A stretch of 63,700 nt of DNA, counting the filler, from Licmophora abbreviata (Eukaryota): assembly GCA_900291995.1 (NCBI GenBank). It is 11 parts of 11 records of this genome, joined end to end, with 100 filler letters (N's around TTAATTAATTAA, not from the genome) between each part and the next. Parts side by side here need not be neighbours in the genome. Positions count along the whole stretch, not along the records: positions 1 to 30,723 come from OLMU01003012.1; 10 more parts are not named here. One strand, written 5' to 3'. The notes under the pieces are model-generated. The model saw only the letters and a list, made by a program, of their open reading frames with translations. It had not been told where the DNA came from and ran no database searches. Both the position numbers and the translations under genes were made by a program. Positions 9,886 through 22,587 of this stretch are shown one piece after another (the stretch's first letter is position 1; every line of letters begins with the position of its first letter).

Positions 9886-11936
9886 CTAGTTTTCGTCGTC
9901 CCATTCGCCTTCTCCGATCAGTGCTGCCGAAGGAGCGTCAATTTCTTCTTCCTCAGAATCAGAAGCGTCTTCCGCACCAGCTTCGCTTACGTTGTGGCTA
10001 CCGGCATCCTTGATATTTTGCTCATCGCCTTCTTTATCGTCACCCACGGCCTCAGCGTTCTCATCGTGATCTCCCTTCATGGTCTCCTCACCGACGGCGT
10101 CCAGGTCCTGCTTGACGCCATCGACACCATCCAACTTCACGATTGAGCTATTGGACTCTTCTTCCTTTAACTCTGGGGGTGCCACGTAGTGCGGGAGGCG
10201 TCCGCGCTGGAAATCGTTGATCAACATAATTGCTGCACTTCGAAGACATGGCTCGCCACCTTTGAGTAAACGGCCCGACTTTGTAGCAATCTTTTCCATC
10301 AGTTCAGCGCTGTCTGTCCAAGTCTCATCACCGTCTTTTGGTAAACCGTACTGTGCTGCGATGTGTTCTCGTTTCACGGTTTCTAAAATAGCACCGATAA
10401 AGTCTTCCGGATTCTCTAGTCTCTCGGCACGGACGACACCCTTGAGTACTGAGTCAGTTTCCGTGTCACCGGCGGTATCAACGACAACTCCAGGGCAATC
10501 GATGAGAGAGATGCGCTTGAATAGCGTAATATATTGCCAAATCTTAGTCTCGCCTGGGATTGGAGCGACCTTGCAGCTCTTTTTGGAAATGAGCGTGTTG
10601 ATGACCGAACTCTTGCCCACATTCGGATAGCCGATAACACTGTAGCATTATTGTTTGAGTGCAGAGAGATGAAAAAGCAGCACTCCACCATGTTAGAAAG
10701 GACAAGCACGGGAATCCATAATCATTTAATCGATTGACAACTTTTCGCGATGACACGGCCTGACCACAATACGCTCTAGACCGGCACTCACCCAACAGAG
10801 ATTTGTTTCTTGTCTTGATGCAATTTTCCAAACTGACGCAACAAACTGATCAACGCTCCTTTCCCAAAAGCATGGGTCAGACTCGCGTGAAAGGCAATGG
10901 TAGGTCGATCCTTCGCCAGTTCTCCCATCCAGCGTTTTGCCACCCAGTTGGGGACCAAATCAACCTTGTTCAAGACAAAGACCAGGTGTTTGTGAGGCGC
11001 GTGCTTCTCAATATGTCGCTCGATCATGGTACAGCGCGTGCCAGGAACATTTCTGGCGTCAATAACGTGCAAGACAACATCACTGCAATCAATAACTTTA
11101 AAGAATTCTCCCCAAATGCGTTTGGACTGGCCCTTCAAAAACAGATCGTCCTTCTTTTCGTGACGCCAGTCGACTCCTTCTCCCGAGTGACGTTGAAGAT
11201 TGGTATCACGTCCCCAAGGAACAATACCTTGACGTGTGTTGATTTCCTGGTAAGCCTGCGAGGACTCTTGGGCGGTACGCAAGAGTGCGCCGTAGCCAGA
11301 GAGATCCGAGTCGGGAGCCTGGGGCACAACTTCTGCCGCACCGCCTGGATTCGTAGTACTCCCCACAGAGGTGTTACTGTTTGAAGTTTCGCGACTCCTC
11401 GCCTCCATGTACTGATCGAGCTTCACTCGCTTGCGTCGACTCTTGGAACCAAACGCGTGCACAAAGGGCTCGTTGGTGAGCAATCCCTGATTGTGCGAAT
11501 GCTTGCCGAGTTCCGCAGCGTCGCGCAGGAGCCCCATGGGAAGTTTCTTGCGCTTGAGCACTACGGAATATGGATCTGCCTTGTTGGCAGTCATTTCTTC
11601 TCGGAAACGATCTAACTCGGTACTTCCCACCACGCGAGTATTCCCAAACCAGCGACGGTCTGGTTGGATTCTACCAGTACTGGCCGTAATTTTGGTATCT
11701 CCAGCTCGATCTCCCATCATGTACTGACCTCCGACGACTGTACCTTCCTTGTTGCGAATGGCCTTTCCAGAAGTATACATCTTCAACCGTTGAATCGTGT
11801 CGGAAGATCGCATGTTGGCATCGTTCCGCTTGGGCGCCGTGCGTCCCAACTTGCTACTCGCCGCACTCTTTCGAGCCATGTTGGTCGTGGCCTTATTGGG
11901 CGCTTGCTTGGTGTACTTCCAACCAGTTTTCGGCAT
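9886..11936 (-). CDS. NOG2: Nucleolar GTP-binding protein 2 (circularly permuted GTPase); 2 exons
   Basis: NGP1NT motifs [28 protein letters not shown] and DARN..GTRC; NKVDL. Removing intron 10640-10791 restores [19 protein letters not shown] motif present. Confidence 0.95.
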
Positions 11937-12145
11937 GATGGATCGATGTTATCCGTAGTCAGGCAGGTAAAGTGAGATACAACAGTCGACTTGGTTCGTC
12001 GATCGATCGCGAGGATACTGCAGGGTCTTCTTCGTCGAGGCCGCAACAGAAAGTATGATGCGGCAAGAAAAGTACTTTTCTCATTGGCGGCGCGCGCAAA
12101 ATTTGGATGGCTCGTAGGGCATCGACATCACTACTGCGCGTCATC

Positions 12146-12157
12146 TTTCGCGCGAAA
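12146..12157. promoter_or_regulatory. Palindromic E2F-like site in the NOG2/UBP14 divergent intergenic region
   Basis: TTTCGCGCGAAA, matching TTTSSCGC on both strands; motif match only. Confidence 0.35.
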
Positions 12158-12329
12158 TCTTGGATGCGTCCGTCCGTCACCCTACAAGATCTTTCGTCAC
12201 CCATCGCGCGACGAAGTCGAACGAAAATCTGACAGTGATGCGGCGACCGCACAAGAAATTGCCACAGTGTCGCTGTGTTGTTGTTGCTGTGGATTGTATT
12301 CCTAACAATCGCCGCCATTGACTGTCACG

Positions 12330-15122
12330 ATGACTGATAAGCTCTCGTTAGACTTGATTGGCAGCTGCCGCGTTGCGTCTCCTCACGACGCGGTGTACAA
12401 TTCCGAATGTGTCTACACGTTTCACTCTTGCTACAGCACCGACAAGGGTATCCTGGTCAATTTGGCGAGCTTCATTGGAACGTGCGAGTCTAGAGCACTC
12501 CAGAAAGACGGGGAAAGAGGAATATTCGTACGAATGGTCAAAAAACGAGTCTTGAAGGAAGTAGCGAGTGTGGGAGAAGTCGAACCAGCCAGTAGCGTGG
12601 AAGGACCGACCAAGCTCGGCGTGGGAGTCGACGGTGGCTTTGCCTCGGAGGATGACAAATACGACACGATTTCTACCTATTCCATCGTTCAAATGGAAAG
12701 ATCCAGCGCTGGGGTCCAGGTTGTAACCGAAATCCCTTACACGCATGAGACGAAAGCATCCTTGCCGGAGCCTCTTGTGCTGGCGGCTGACTCGATTATT
12801 CATCACTCGGGCATGTCCATTGAGCAAGACCTCAAGGTATGGGAGCTGGATGATGAACCCAAACCAGTGTCCAAATATGCGGCTGGCTTGCCTTTTGTTG
12901 ACAATGGAGTGGTCATTTCACCCGATCCCTCCACATGGAAGTGCGAAAAGTCAGGAGATACCGAAAACCTATGGCTCAATCTTTCCGATGGATACATTGG
13001 CGGTGGACGCAAGAACTGGGACGGTAGTGGAGGCAGCAATGGAGCCCTCGACCATTTTTTGGAAGCCGGTGAAACGTGTCCTCTTGTGGTCAAACTGGGG
13101 ACCATTACGGCGGATCTCGATACCGCAGACTGCTACTCGTATGCTAAGGACGAAGACGGACCCGTGAAGATTCCCAACCTCGCCGAGCTCTTGGTGAAGC
13201 GCGGCATCCATGTATCTGCCATGTAAGTACTATGTGGAAGGCTATTTCTATTCCAAATGCCGCCTACGAAATATCTCATTCATATTCTACATTGCACCCA
13301 CCCTTTAACTTTCGATAGGCAAAAGACGGTCAAGTCGACGGCCGAGCTCGAGGTGGAGCTCAACGCGACGTATGCCTTTGATGCCATCACCGAAGCCGGG
13401 GCTCACTTGGTACCAGTATCCGGACCTGGACTGCAGGGGTTACAAAATTTAGGCAATTCCTGCTATATGAACTCGGTCGTACAGCTGATGCTAGGCGGCA
13501 CTGTGCCTGAGCTGGCCTCGCGGTATGGCGCCAACGAAGCCTTGTTGTCTTCCATCAAGCCCACAAAAGCTCCATCCGACCTCTTGTGTCAAACGGCAAA
13601 GGTCGCATCGGCCTTGACGTCAGGAGAGTTCTCGGGGCCTGTTTCCGATGAGGCAGACGTAGAGGACAAGATATCGCTGGATCCCAAGTATCGTTTGCAG
13701 CCGCGCATGTTCAAGCATGTCGTGGCTGGAGACCATGAAGAGTTTCGCACTGGTCAACAGCAAGATGCCGCGCATTTTCTTCAGTATATGTTTGAACAGC
13801 TCGATCGTGCCGAACAAGGAGCAGTTGCCACAAATCGCCTGGCGACCGTCCTCGACGATACCTTTTTTCCTTCATCGCACCTTTTTTCGTTCCGGACGAC
13901 GGCTCGGTTGGTGTGCAAGGCTGATGACAAAGTCAAGTACAAGGAGGGCGCCCCGGAAACCATGTGGAGCATCCCGATTCCAATGGAGAAAGCAACCATC
14001 GCTGAGGAAGAGCCCGACCAAAAGCGACACAAAGCGGAAGAACAGGAAACCGAGACGGATGCCGAGAAGAAACCTGTTCCGACTGTGACGTTCAAGGCTT
14101 GTCTGGAGTCGTGGTCGGCCGACACGGCAGTGGATGGTTACCGCTGGCCGCACTTGCACAATCAAGTGCAGCCTACCGTGCAACGATTGCGGCTCCAGAA
14201 CTTTCCGCGGTATATGTTGGTACAAATGCAGCGCTACCAACTTGGAGCCGACTGGACGCCACAGAAACTTGAAGTGAACCTGGATATCCCGCAGGAGCTC
14301 GACTTGTCGGCGCTCCAGTTCACAGGACCGGATGGTGACGAGGCTCTTGTCCCACCGGAAGATGCGGGTGCCACTGCGGTGAAACCCATGAGTGGACCAC
14401 CACCAGTCGACGAAGCTGCGTTGACGCAGCTGATGGATATGGGTTTCAACATGAATGGGTGCATGCGTGCGTTGAACGCCGTGGGCGGATCCGACGTAGA
14501 AGCCGCAATGAATTGGGTCTTTGAGCACAACACCGACCCCGATTTCAACGACCCGCTTCCAGACTCTGGTGCTACCGCCCAACCTCCAGCGCCGTCGGAC
14601 GGCGGAGTCGACGAGGGAGTTGCCATGTCGCTGGTGGAGAATCTTGGGTGCTTCACTATGGATCAAGTCTGTGCCGCGCTAAAGGAGACGAACGGTGCTG
14701 CCGACCGCGCTGCTGATTGGCTCTTCTCGCACATGGTACGACAGGCATCAACAAAGTTTGTTTCTGTTTGCAAACCGTGTTGTTTCATCCTCTAACGCCC
14801 CTGCTGCCCGTATCTGTCACAGGACGACTTGGACGGCGCAATAGCCTCATTGAATGACACTCATCCGTCAGTCCCGTCCGCGGCCACGCCATCGTTGCCA
14901 CTCGAAGATGGCGAGGGGAAGTACACTATGATGGGCATGATTTCGCATATTGGCAAGCACACTGGCAGCGGTCACTATGTGGCACACTTGAAGCGCGGTG
15001 ACAAGTGGGTGATTTTCAACGACGAAAAGGTAGCCTTGTCCGAATCACCGCCCTTTGCACATGCCTACATGTATCTCTTTCAGCGAACAGATACTGTCGG
15101 CTCTCCCCATGCCGGATACTGA
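12330..15122 (+). CDS. UBP14: Ubiquitin C-terminal hydrolase USP5/USP13/UBP14 (isopeptidase T); 3 exons
   Basis: ZnF-UBP-like LWLNLSDGYIGGGR..GSNGALDH; Cys box GLQNLGNSCYMNSV; QQDAAHF; two UBA domains; His box SGHYVAH..WVIFNDEKV. Introns 13223-13318 and 14736-14822. Confidence 0.93.
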
Positions 15123-15216
15123 TTCAGAGAAGCTGTCTTGGGAAAGGCGAGAATAGAATAACTGAAGCTATAAGTATCTACTTCTAGATAGGCTCCCTCT
15201 ATCAACATGTTCGTCT

Positions 15217-16083
15217 TTAGACCTTTCGCAATTCACACAGCTTGATGTGAGGCGACTCAGGCGGTCCCGTATATCCCTTATTTATTTTCTTATCAGCAAA
15301 GTGGTTCCAAGGATACGTCGCCACGCCCATTTCGGACAGGTGGCTCAAGTGCCCGTTTAGACCGCCGGGTTTCGAAAAGTGATCCATGTTCCAAACTTCG
15401 GTATTGGAAGTTCGACTCAACTTGAACACAGAGCATGGCCCGGCCGGATTAACTTCGTTTAGCTCCAGATTGGAAGCAGCCCGTGCAAGACCGACACATG
15501 CCGCCGCATGGGTCACAAGCACGAAGACGGTTCGAGGCTTGAAGTGGTACCGAGCATTGAACTCCTTCATGGCGCGATCGCAACGTGGCAGGAAATCGGA
15601 ACGGGCTTCCGGTAGTTCAGGAGTAAATAGGGACTTGTGTGTGACATTCAAACGAGGAAAGTAGTTGTAACGCTCTTCCATCGGAGGGAGCGCGGCGTGC
15701 CATTTTCCGTCGTGGCCGTCCATTTCAAAGATGGAGTACTCGGGGTGAATCATAACTTGATCCGTTTTGATGTTTTGGAAGGCGTTCAACATGGCGTCTG
15801 AAGTCTGCAAGGTCCGCAAGAAGGGCGAAGACATCCATGTGATGTTTTCAGCCTCAATCCCATCTTGAGACATGAGAGAGTCGAGCAAAACTCCCGTCTC
15901 GAACGCTTGCTTGGCTCCAAGTGCACTGATCGGAGGATCGCCACGTCTCGTCGTTTGCTCAATCCAAGAGTGGCTGGGATGGGCATAGTCCCAGCGGTCT
16001 CCGTGACGGATCACGTAGAGGTACTGTGCATCCTCACATGCCGCAGCACTGGCGTCTTTGCCTTCCAGATCTTGCGGCGCCAT
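15217..16083 (-). CDS. Histidine phosphatase superfamily (phosphoglycerate mutase-like) protein
   Basis: YVIRHGDR, SSPFLRTLQT and VLVTHAA motifs; first ATG at 16083. Confidence 0.85.
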   Translation of the reverse strand: MAPQDLEGKDASAAACEDAQYLYVIRHGDRWDYAHPSHSWIEQTTRRGDPPISALGAKQAFETGVLLDSLMSQDGIEAENITWMSSPFLRTLQTSDAMLNAFQNIKTDQVMIHPEYSIFEMDGHDGKWHAALPPMEERYNYFPRLNVTHKSLFTPELPEARSDFLPRCDRAMKEFNARYHFKPRTVFVLVTHAAACVGLARAASNLELNEVNPAGPCSVFKLSRTSNTEVWNMDHFSKPGGLNGHLSHLSEMGVATYPWNHFADKKINKGYTGPPESPHIKLCELRKV

Positions 16084-16463
16084 GGTCGATGCGACACACA
16101 CGCGGAGCAATGGAGCAATCCCGAGACTTGTTTTACTATACGGTTATGAGCTAAGCAAAGATCTGGAGAGAAGTGAGCCGAAAGAGCGATGGAAAGGACG
16201 CGACGGCGTGCAGGCGCCGGTGAGACCACCTAACCCGGATATGACGTTGATTTCTCCGCGCGATGTCAATCCTACTCTCGCGCGCAATGGACTCCCGAAG
16301 CGGGACTCACAACCACGACAGAAAGCAGACGACGCCACATCAATTTTCAATTTGTATTCGAAGATGTTCCCCACGACCCGCGCTCATCAGCGTGAAACGT
16401 TGTTGAATCCAAGCTCACAAAATCAACATCGGAATCGTCCAACGAAGCCAAACACGAACAGAT

Positions 16464-16937
16464 ATGACCATCAACGAGGAACAGAACAAGAACGCTGAAG
16501 CCGAGATTCTTCTCGACAATGCGGGCTTCCCACCTTTGGTGCCAGAGGGCTCGTACGAGCCGACCGCTGAACCACTATTGAACGATGTTTCCAAAGACGA
16601 GGCGCTTCCACCGCGCGCACCTACTGCTGAGACTGCCGCCACTGTATACAACTCTGATGAGAATCACCCCTCGCCGAAGAGTCACAGGAAGCGTCACAAG
16701 CGCAATGTCGTTGTGGGAACTGCGTCAGGAGTAGTCATTGGGCTGATCATCTTGGGCCCCATCGGCGGCATTATTGGAGGATTCGGAGGAAATGCCATTG
16801 TCCGTGCTCGGGAGCGCCGTTACCGTCGCTTGCACCCCGATAGTTTCCATCGCGGTATTGGACACCGTCATGGTTGCTCGGGCAGGACGACGTGTCACCC
16901 GAACGGTATGAGGGCGTCCACGGGTGTGGTGTCGTAA
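16464..16937 (+). CDS. Small hypothetical protein with a glycine-zipper hydrophobic segment
   Basis: ATG ORF with an acidic/Pro-rich N-terminus, then VVVGTASGVVIGLIILGPIGGIIGGFGG flanked by basic residues. Confidence 0.6.
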   Translation: MTINEEQNKNAEAEILLDNAGFPPLVPEGSYEPTAEPLLNDVSKDEALPPRAPTAETAATVYNSDENHPSPKSHRKRHKRNVVVGTASGVVIGLIILGPIGGIIGGFGGNAIVRARERRYRRLHPDSFHRGIGHRHGCSGRTTCHPNGMRASTGVVS

Positions 16938-17123
16938 GGTGTACGTCTCTCTTTTTATGATTAGACCAACCTGCAAGGTTCAGTAGCCAGGCGAGCGATC
17001 ATAAAAAGAACTAAGTTTTGTCCATCCAGACTTTGCATCTGTTTTGTAGTTGTTGTTTAGCTATCGTCTGTGGTTGGTTTGCGGGAGAGTCCAAAGCAGC
17101 AATTGCCATCATCACTAGCTTTG

Positions 17124-18107
17124 TCAAGCTCCCCACGACGACTTTTTGCTTTCCAGCCTTCGAACTTCTGATACCTTACTCATAGACGCAGCACCGCTGG
17201 ACCCATCGACAGATTTTGTACCGAACGAAGTGACATGGAAGCGCTTTGCCGACAAGTAATAGGTTCGTTCCAACTCTTCAACCATGTTCCAGTACTCGGA
17301 TACTATCACGTCAGAAATGAGGGCATCCTCATAGTCGACGACAACATGAACTTTGTCGTTCGGAGCATTCGTTGAGAGGATGGCGCTGGTGACTCCCTCC
17401 TTGATTGCATTGATGTCGTGTAAAGTTTTGATCTGCATGCCACGGAACCGTAAGAACATTGTATTCGTCTTGCTGTCGTAGGAGCAGCGCGTATCCATTA
17501 TGCTTTCCTTCGTGATCTGAAAGCGTTCTGGTGCATGAATCGGTTCCAGTCCAGGCAACACGTGCCGCCCCCACTCTTCATTGATAAGTTCGGCTACACC
17601 TGTATAGAACGCAGCGAGCGCCGTGAAGAATCCAAAGTATCCCGCCGCCGTTCGTACATTTCCATTGCCAGTACCAGTCGCTGCTGCCAACAGAGCGAAT
17701 GTCATGGTCAAGAGTGCGAAGACGATGATCAAGGCAACATTTTTGCGAAGGGTAATGACAAAAAAGCAGGCCGTGAGTACGGCCCACTGTGTGAACCATG
17801 CCGTCCTGCCGTCGGGGTAGCCGTAGGTTCCAAAATCGGAAGTCGTACTCTGGTTTTCAATAAAGACAAGGGCCCAACCGAGCCAGAATGTACCGTAACT
17901 GCCAAAGACGGCAAAACTGAAGGAAGATCCCTTGATTAGCTCAAAAATGGCCACGAGAACTTGGGCGAATCCGCCTAGGAAGACCGCGTAGCCTGCGACC
18001 ATCTCTTCGAACTCCGTTTCTACCCAGCCCATGTCCACAAACATGAGCATGGCGGTCGTCATTCCAAATGCCAAGAGCCCGAGTGGTGCCGGATTTCCCA
18101 GAGCCAT
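17124..18107 (-). CDS. GPR1/FUN34/YaaH (SatP/AceTr) acetate transporter with an extra C-terminal soluble domain
   Basis: Signature NPAPLGLLAF, GGFAQ, YGTFW; six hydrophobic segments ending ..AELINE; about 130-aa soluble extension. Confidence 0.9.
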   Translation of the reverse strand: MALGNPAPLGLLAFGMTTAMLMFVDMGWVETEFEEMVAGYAVFLGGFAQVLVAIFELIKGSSFSFAVFGSYGTFWLGWALVFIENQSTTSDFGTYGYPDGRTAWFTQWAVLTACFFVITLRKNVALIIVFALLTMTFALLAAATGTGNGNVRTAAGYFGFFTALAAFYTGVAELINEEWGRHVLPGLEPIHAPERFQITKESIMDTRCSYDSKTNTMFLRFRGMQIKTLHDINAIKEGVTSAILSTNAPNDKVHVVVDYEDALISDVIVSEYWNMVEELERTYYLSAKRFHVTSFGTKSVDGSSGAASMSKVSEVRRLESKKSSWGA

Positions 18108-18416
18108 GGTGGTCGTCCTAAGTCTTGATTGTGACGATGTTTGTAGATGTGGTGTTTGACGCTGGGGTGAATCCTGGCGGGGTGAATGATGTGAATGTGC
18201 TTCCGCTTCGTGTTGTGTCCTCGCGTCGTGTTTGCGATGCGAACCCTATCATCCGAAAAAATTCAAAATGTCATGACATCATTCGTCATCGCGAAGCGCG
18301 GCGATGAGACTTTGTTGACGAACTCTCATCACCCGCAAGAGCTCCAAATCGCATTTCGGCATGTCGAATTGAATGAATCAATCGGCACAGTGATCAATTT
18401 GCACCCCCACTGTATC

Positions 18417-19448
18417 ATGCGTGTTCTTTCTTCCATCCGAATTGTCGTCATGGCACTTTCTGTGGTACAAGGGTCTGAAATCAGGAGCATGAAAGGCCAT
18501 ACACGAGAAGAGTACAATGAACTCCCCCTGCCTCGCACCTACATCGATCCGTCCAAACTCCCGAATACCTTCACATGGGCCAATGTCAATGGCACATCCT
18601 TTCTCACTCATTCACTCAATCAGCACTTACCCCAATGGTGTGGATCATGCTGGGCACACGGTGCCTTGAGCGCCTTTGCGGATCGGATCAAGATTGCTCG
18701 CAACGCCCAAGGGGACGATATCAATCTGTCGATTCAGTTCATCCTCAATTGCGGCATGGACGTGGCAGGATCATGTCTGGGAGGGTCACATTCCGGAGCT
18801 TATCAGTTCATACATGACACGGGATACATCCCATACGATACGTGCATGCCCTATCGGGCCTGCAGCTCGGATATTTCAAAAGGAACGTGTGCGCATGTGG
18901 ATACAACTTGTCAGCCTGAGAATACCTGTCGCACATGCCAGCCAGGAGTAGATCGCGACTCGGATGGGTCCTGTAGTGCCGTTTCTGCATTTCCAAACGC
19001 GTCAATTGCAGAATATGGAAAGATTCGTCACGACGTAGACATGATCAAGACCGAATTATGGGCTCGGGGTCCCGTCTCGGCGGCCATTCATGGTCCACCT
19101 CTACACAACTACCACGGGGGTATATTCTCCGATGACTCTGCACCCAAGAACACGACGCATGTCGTTTCCATTGTAGGGTGGGGTGAAGATCAAAGCGGTG
19201 TTCCATACTGGCATTGTCGAAATAGCTGGGGTCAGTTCTGGGGAGAGCTAGGGTTCTTTCGAATTGAGTTGGGAAAGAACATGCTAGGAATCGAATCGAG
19301 CATCGCATGGGCCACACCAGGACGCTTCACGGTCGTCCAAAATTCATGTCTTGAGCATGGGGAGAGTTGTGACGACGATACACACGACTATGTCGATCCC
19401 TCGCGAAGCATACAGAATGTACAGGCAAGACTTCGTTCGACACGTTAA
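18417..19448 (+). CDS. Cathepsin Z/X-like papain-family (C1A) cysteine peptidase, copy 1 (intronless)
   Basis: NQHLPQWCGSCWAHG, DRIKI, THVVSIVGWG, YWHCRNSWG; signal-peptide-like start at ATG 18417. Confidence 0.9.
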   Translation: MRVLSSIRIVVMALSVVQGSEIRSMKGHTREEYNELPLPRTYIDPSKLPNTFTWANVNGTSFLTHSLNQHLPQWCGSCWAHGALSAFADRIKIARNAQGDDINLSIQFILNCGMDVAGSCLGGSHSGAYQFIHDTGYIPYDTCMPYRACSSDISKGTCAHVDTTCQPENTCRTCQPGVDRDSDGSCSAVSAFPNASIAEYGKIRHDVDMIKTELWARGPVSAAIHGPPLHNYHGGIFSDDSAPKNTTHVVSIVGWGEDQSGVPYWHCRNSWGQFWGELGFFRIELGKNMLGIESSIAWATPGRFTVVQNSCLEHGESCDDDTHDYVDPSRSIQNVQARLRSTR

Positions 19449-19498
19449 CTTTCTTTGTCGATGTTATATCGTGGATCTCGCTGTCCTACTGGCTCTGG

Positions 19499-22388
19499 CT
19501 AGTGCGCCCCATCTCGTTTCATCAAATGCTTGAGCAACATTGTTCGCTGCGAGACTGGGAGCTGATTACGGATGGCCATGCGCCGCACAAAAGCGCACGA
19601 GCGTTCGAGCCCACAGCCAAACTCCACCATTGAATGGGCTAGGGCGCCTAGCTGTGCGAATACGACGGCATGGACTTGGGAAGCGGCCTCGAATCGTTCA
19701 GTTTGCGTAAGATCGTGCCACTTTATCTTCTTCGTCTCTGTCCATTCGCTCTTGTTAGAAGTCGAAGAGCCGCGGTCGAAGTTGGACATGACTCCGCTGT
19801 GCGTTAGTGATTCTGTGACACACTGGTAGAGTGCTTGGTCCCTGATTTTTGGAGAAAGAAGAACAAGACATTGTTAAAGAGAACGATGGAATAAACTCAT
19901 CGAATAGCGGATGATCGCCACAAACATACCAGAATTCCTCGTCGGACCACAGAGGGTGATCAGTTAGACGGTTCTTTACAAAGACGCGGTTGTTGCGAGA
20001 GGCTCTTGATGGCGATGCCACTGGATTCGTCGTTGATCCTTCGTCTTCGTCGCCGCTCTTCATGTAGAATGTTTGCGATAGCATCATGCACATCTTTGCA
20101 TTTGATACTCCGCTCGATTCGTTGTCGCCTCCCATGAGAATTGAATCGAAAAGTTTACAAAGGCCGTCAAATTGGGTGGGAGTTTCGATTTCTGCATTGG
20201 AGCTTCGTTTAGAGTTGAGTGCGTAGCATATCGTCGACCGCCGCGATCGTGAGGACGGAGACTTGTCTAATGCTGTCTTGCAGAGGAACTGGACGGTCGA
20301 CTCAAATTCAGCATGGGCTTTCTTTGCTTCCTCCGAATCCTTGGTGCCATCAATAAGAATGGCGTTAGACTCAAAGAGGGCCTCTACGGCGTCCTCCAGT
20401 TGTTCAGGAGTTATCTCTTCCTTGTTTTCCTCGTCGTCGTCCCAGCCCTCAGTCGATATCCTGATGGGCGAGACTATACCCATGGAACCGTCAACATGAC
20501 TGCTTAGGACAGCAAGAGCGGACGCCACCCCACCATCATCGTCTTCACCCAGGCGCGTCGATCCACCTCGTTCCTTCTTATCTGCGGAAATGTACGCATC
20601 CAGATCTGAGCGAACATCGATGTCGTCTAGAGTGCGCTCCACTTCCTTAATTCGCTCCAGCCGATCCTCAATGGCAGTCTTCTCCAAGGCCACCAGAGAA
20701 CGCAGGCTAGTCGCGTGTGCATGACACGCGCTCAGCAGACACGTTTCCGCGGCAACTCGAGCTGAGCGACGGGTCGTGTCGAGAGTCGACAGAATATTCA
20801 ACAACGATTGCGCCGTGTCCTCGATCTTCTCATTCGACGCCATGGCCGCCGCGCGCAGCCCCGGGAGTCCACATTCCTGTTCAATCTCGACGCGCGACGC
20901 TAAAGGTATCGACGAAGTTGCGGGTAGAGGCTCCACTGAGTTCGCAGTCCCAGTTGGCCTATCGTCGCTGCTTTTGTCTTGAGGGCCCGCAACAGGTGCA
21001 TCAGGGAGCCCAGTTGGCGCGAAGCTTCCGTCTTCCATGGACTCCGCGACCGCCGAAACAATATCCCAGATCTCCCCTGGCGTAGCGCCGAGGTCAGAAT
21101 TGCATCGTTTTTCCTCTTCTTCTCGTAGCTGCTCCCTCCGCTTCTGCTCACGCTGACGACTCCGCTCCATCATACGTTCCTCAACAATTCTCGATACGGA
21201 CTCCTCAGCATCATGAACTGCATCCCATCGTCGCTTGGATTCTATCTTGCACTTGTTCAATCGACTTTCCATGGCATCGACTCGCTGCTGCATTTCTTGC
21301 AACGCCTTTTCGCGATTGTACGCGCGCTGTGTTGTCTGTTCTGCAGCAGTGTACAAAGCAGCCAAGACTCCCACGTTGGAGTTGACAGACTTGGATGCAT
21401 TCCGGAGTCGACTGGAATCATTCTCGGCCACGACAGAATAGTAGTGCTCCAGTGCGACCATAGCAGTATGCAGTGATCCACTCGATGAGCTAATTGGCCC
21501 AACTCGATTAGGACCGACGTCTATACCGCCAATCTCCTGCGGAATGGCGTCTAATGCGGTGATTATATCGTAGTCATCGTGACTATTGGCAAGGCTCTTG
21601 TTTGGTCCGTCGACACGCACTCCGGCAGGCGTCGGCATCGGAGGGACAGTTCCTGTAGGGGCAAGGATGCCAGACGTCGAGCGCAATTGGTCGCATGCAT
21701 CGCTGGTGCGAGCTGCGGCCTCCTTTTGAGACAAAATGAGCGTCTCGAAGAAAATTCCCGTCTGCCGCATGGACTGCTCCGTCTGGCGGATAGCAATCGT
21801 AGTGGCAGAGGGAGACCAGCCCATGGCGGAAAACCTATTGATGGATTTGTCAGGCCTCAAGTCGTTGCCCATGACGACCGCCGACTCGTAGTCATCGTAA
21901 CCAGAGAATTCCGAATCGAGCAAAGAGGGCTGCACCTTGCTGGACGTCGATGGCAGCATATCGTCTTCTTTTACGTCTGTCTGTGTCGCTTCCTCTATCG
22001 TCTCTCTTGTGGTGGTTTCTTTCGTCGGACTGCTGTCTTGAGCATCTTGTGGCAGCAAGAGCAAGTCTCCGTCCGGTGAGACCAGGACCGAGCAGTCAAT
22101 AAGCCCAGTCTCTTTGTCTCGCTTGACCGACGACTGTGCATACGACGAAGAAGCCGCCAGCGCATCACAGGCTTCCACACAAGCATCGAAGGCCGCCAAC
22201 TCCTCGACTTTGGCATTATAATCCATGGCACGCTCCAAAAACGCAGTGGAAGGAGGTGCTCTCACTGTGGGCGACGAGGAGGGAGCCGGAGAAACAAGAG
22301 GATCGCCAGCCCCTTTACTCGAGTCTGAGTCTGAACGACTCGTTCCACTGTTCACACGACGCATACGCGTCTTGATACGACCGATCAT
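19499..22388 (-). CDS. Coiled-coil protein with a C-terminal SBF2/MADD-like domain; 2 exons
   Basis: CMMLSQTFY...VKNRLTDHPLWSDEEFW. Removing intron 19842-19929 continues as WDQALYQ...VFAQLGALAHSMVEFG. The domain call is from recalled motif similarity. Confidence 0.65.
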
Positions 22389-22587
22389 GATGGCGGAGGT
22401 AGGTCAAGCAGCCCCAAGACACTGTTTTCAGCAGTGAAATGCCGTGTGCGTTGAGAGTTTGGAGCAGGATCACAGTTTGTTGTTTTGCGGGAAAGCGGAC
22501 GTCAGACAGACACAAAATGACGCATGGAATCGAAGCTCGAACTAAGCCAAGCCATCAGCCGTTATACATACTACACTCCTATCAAAC

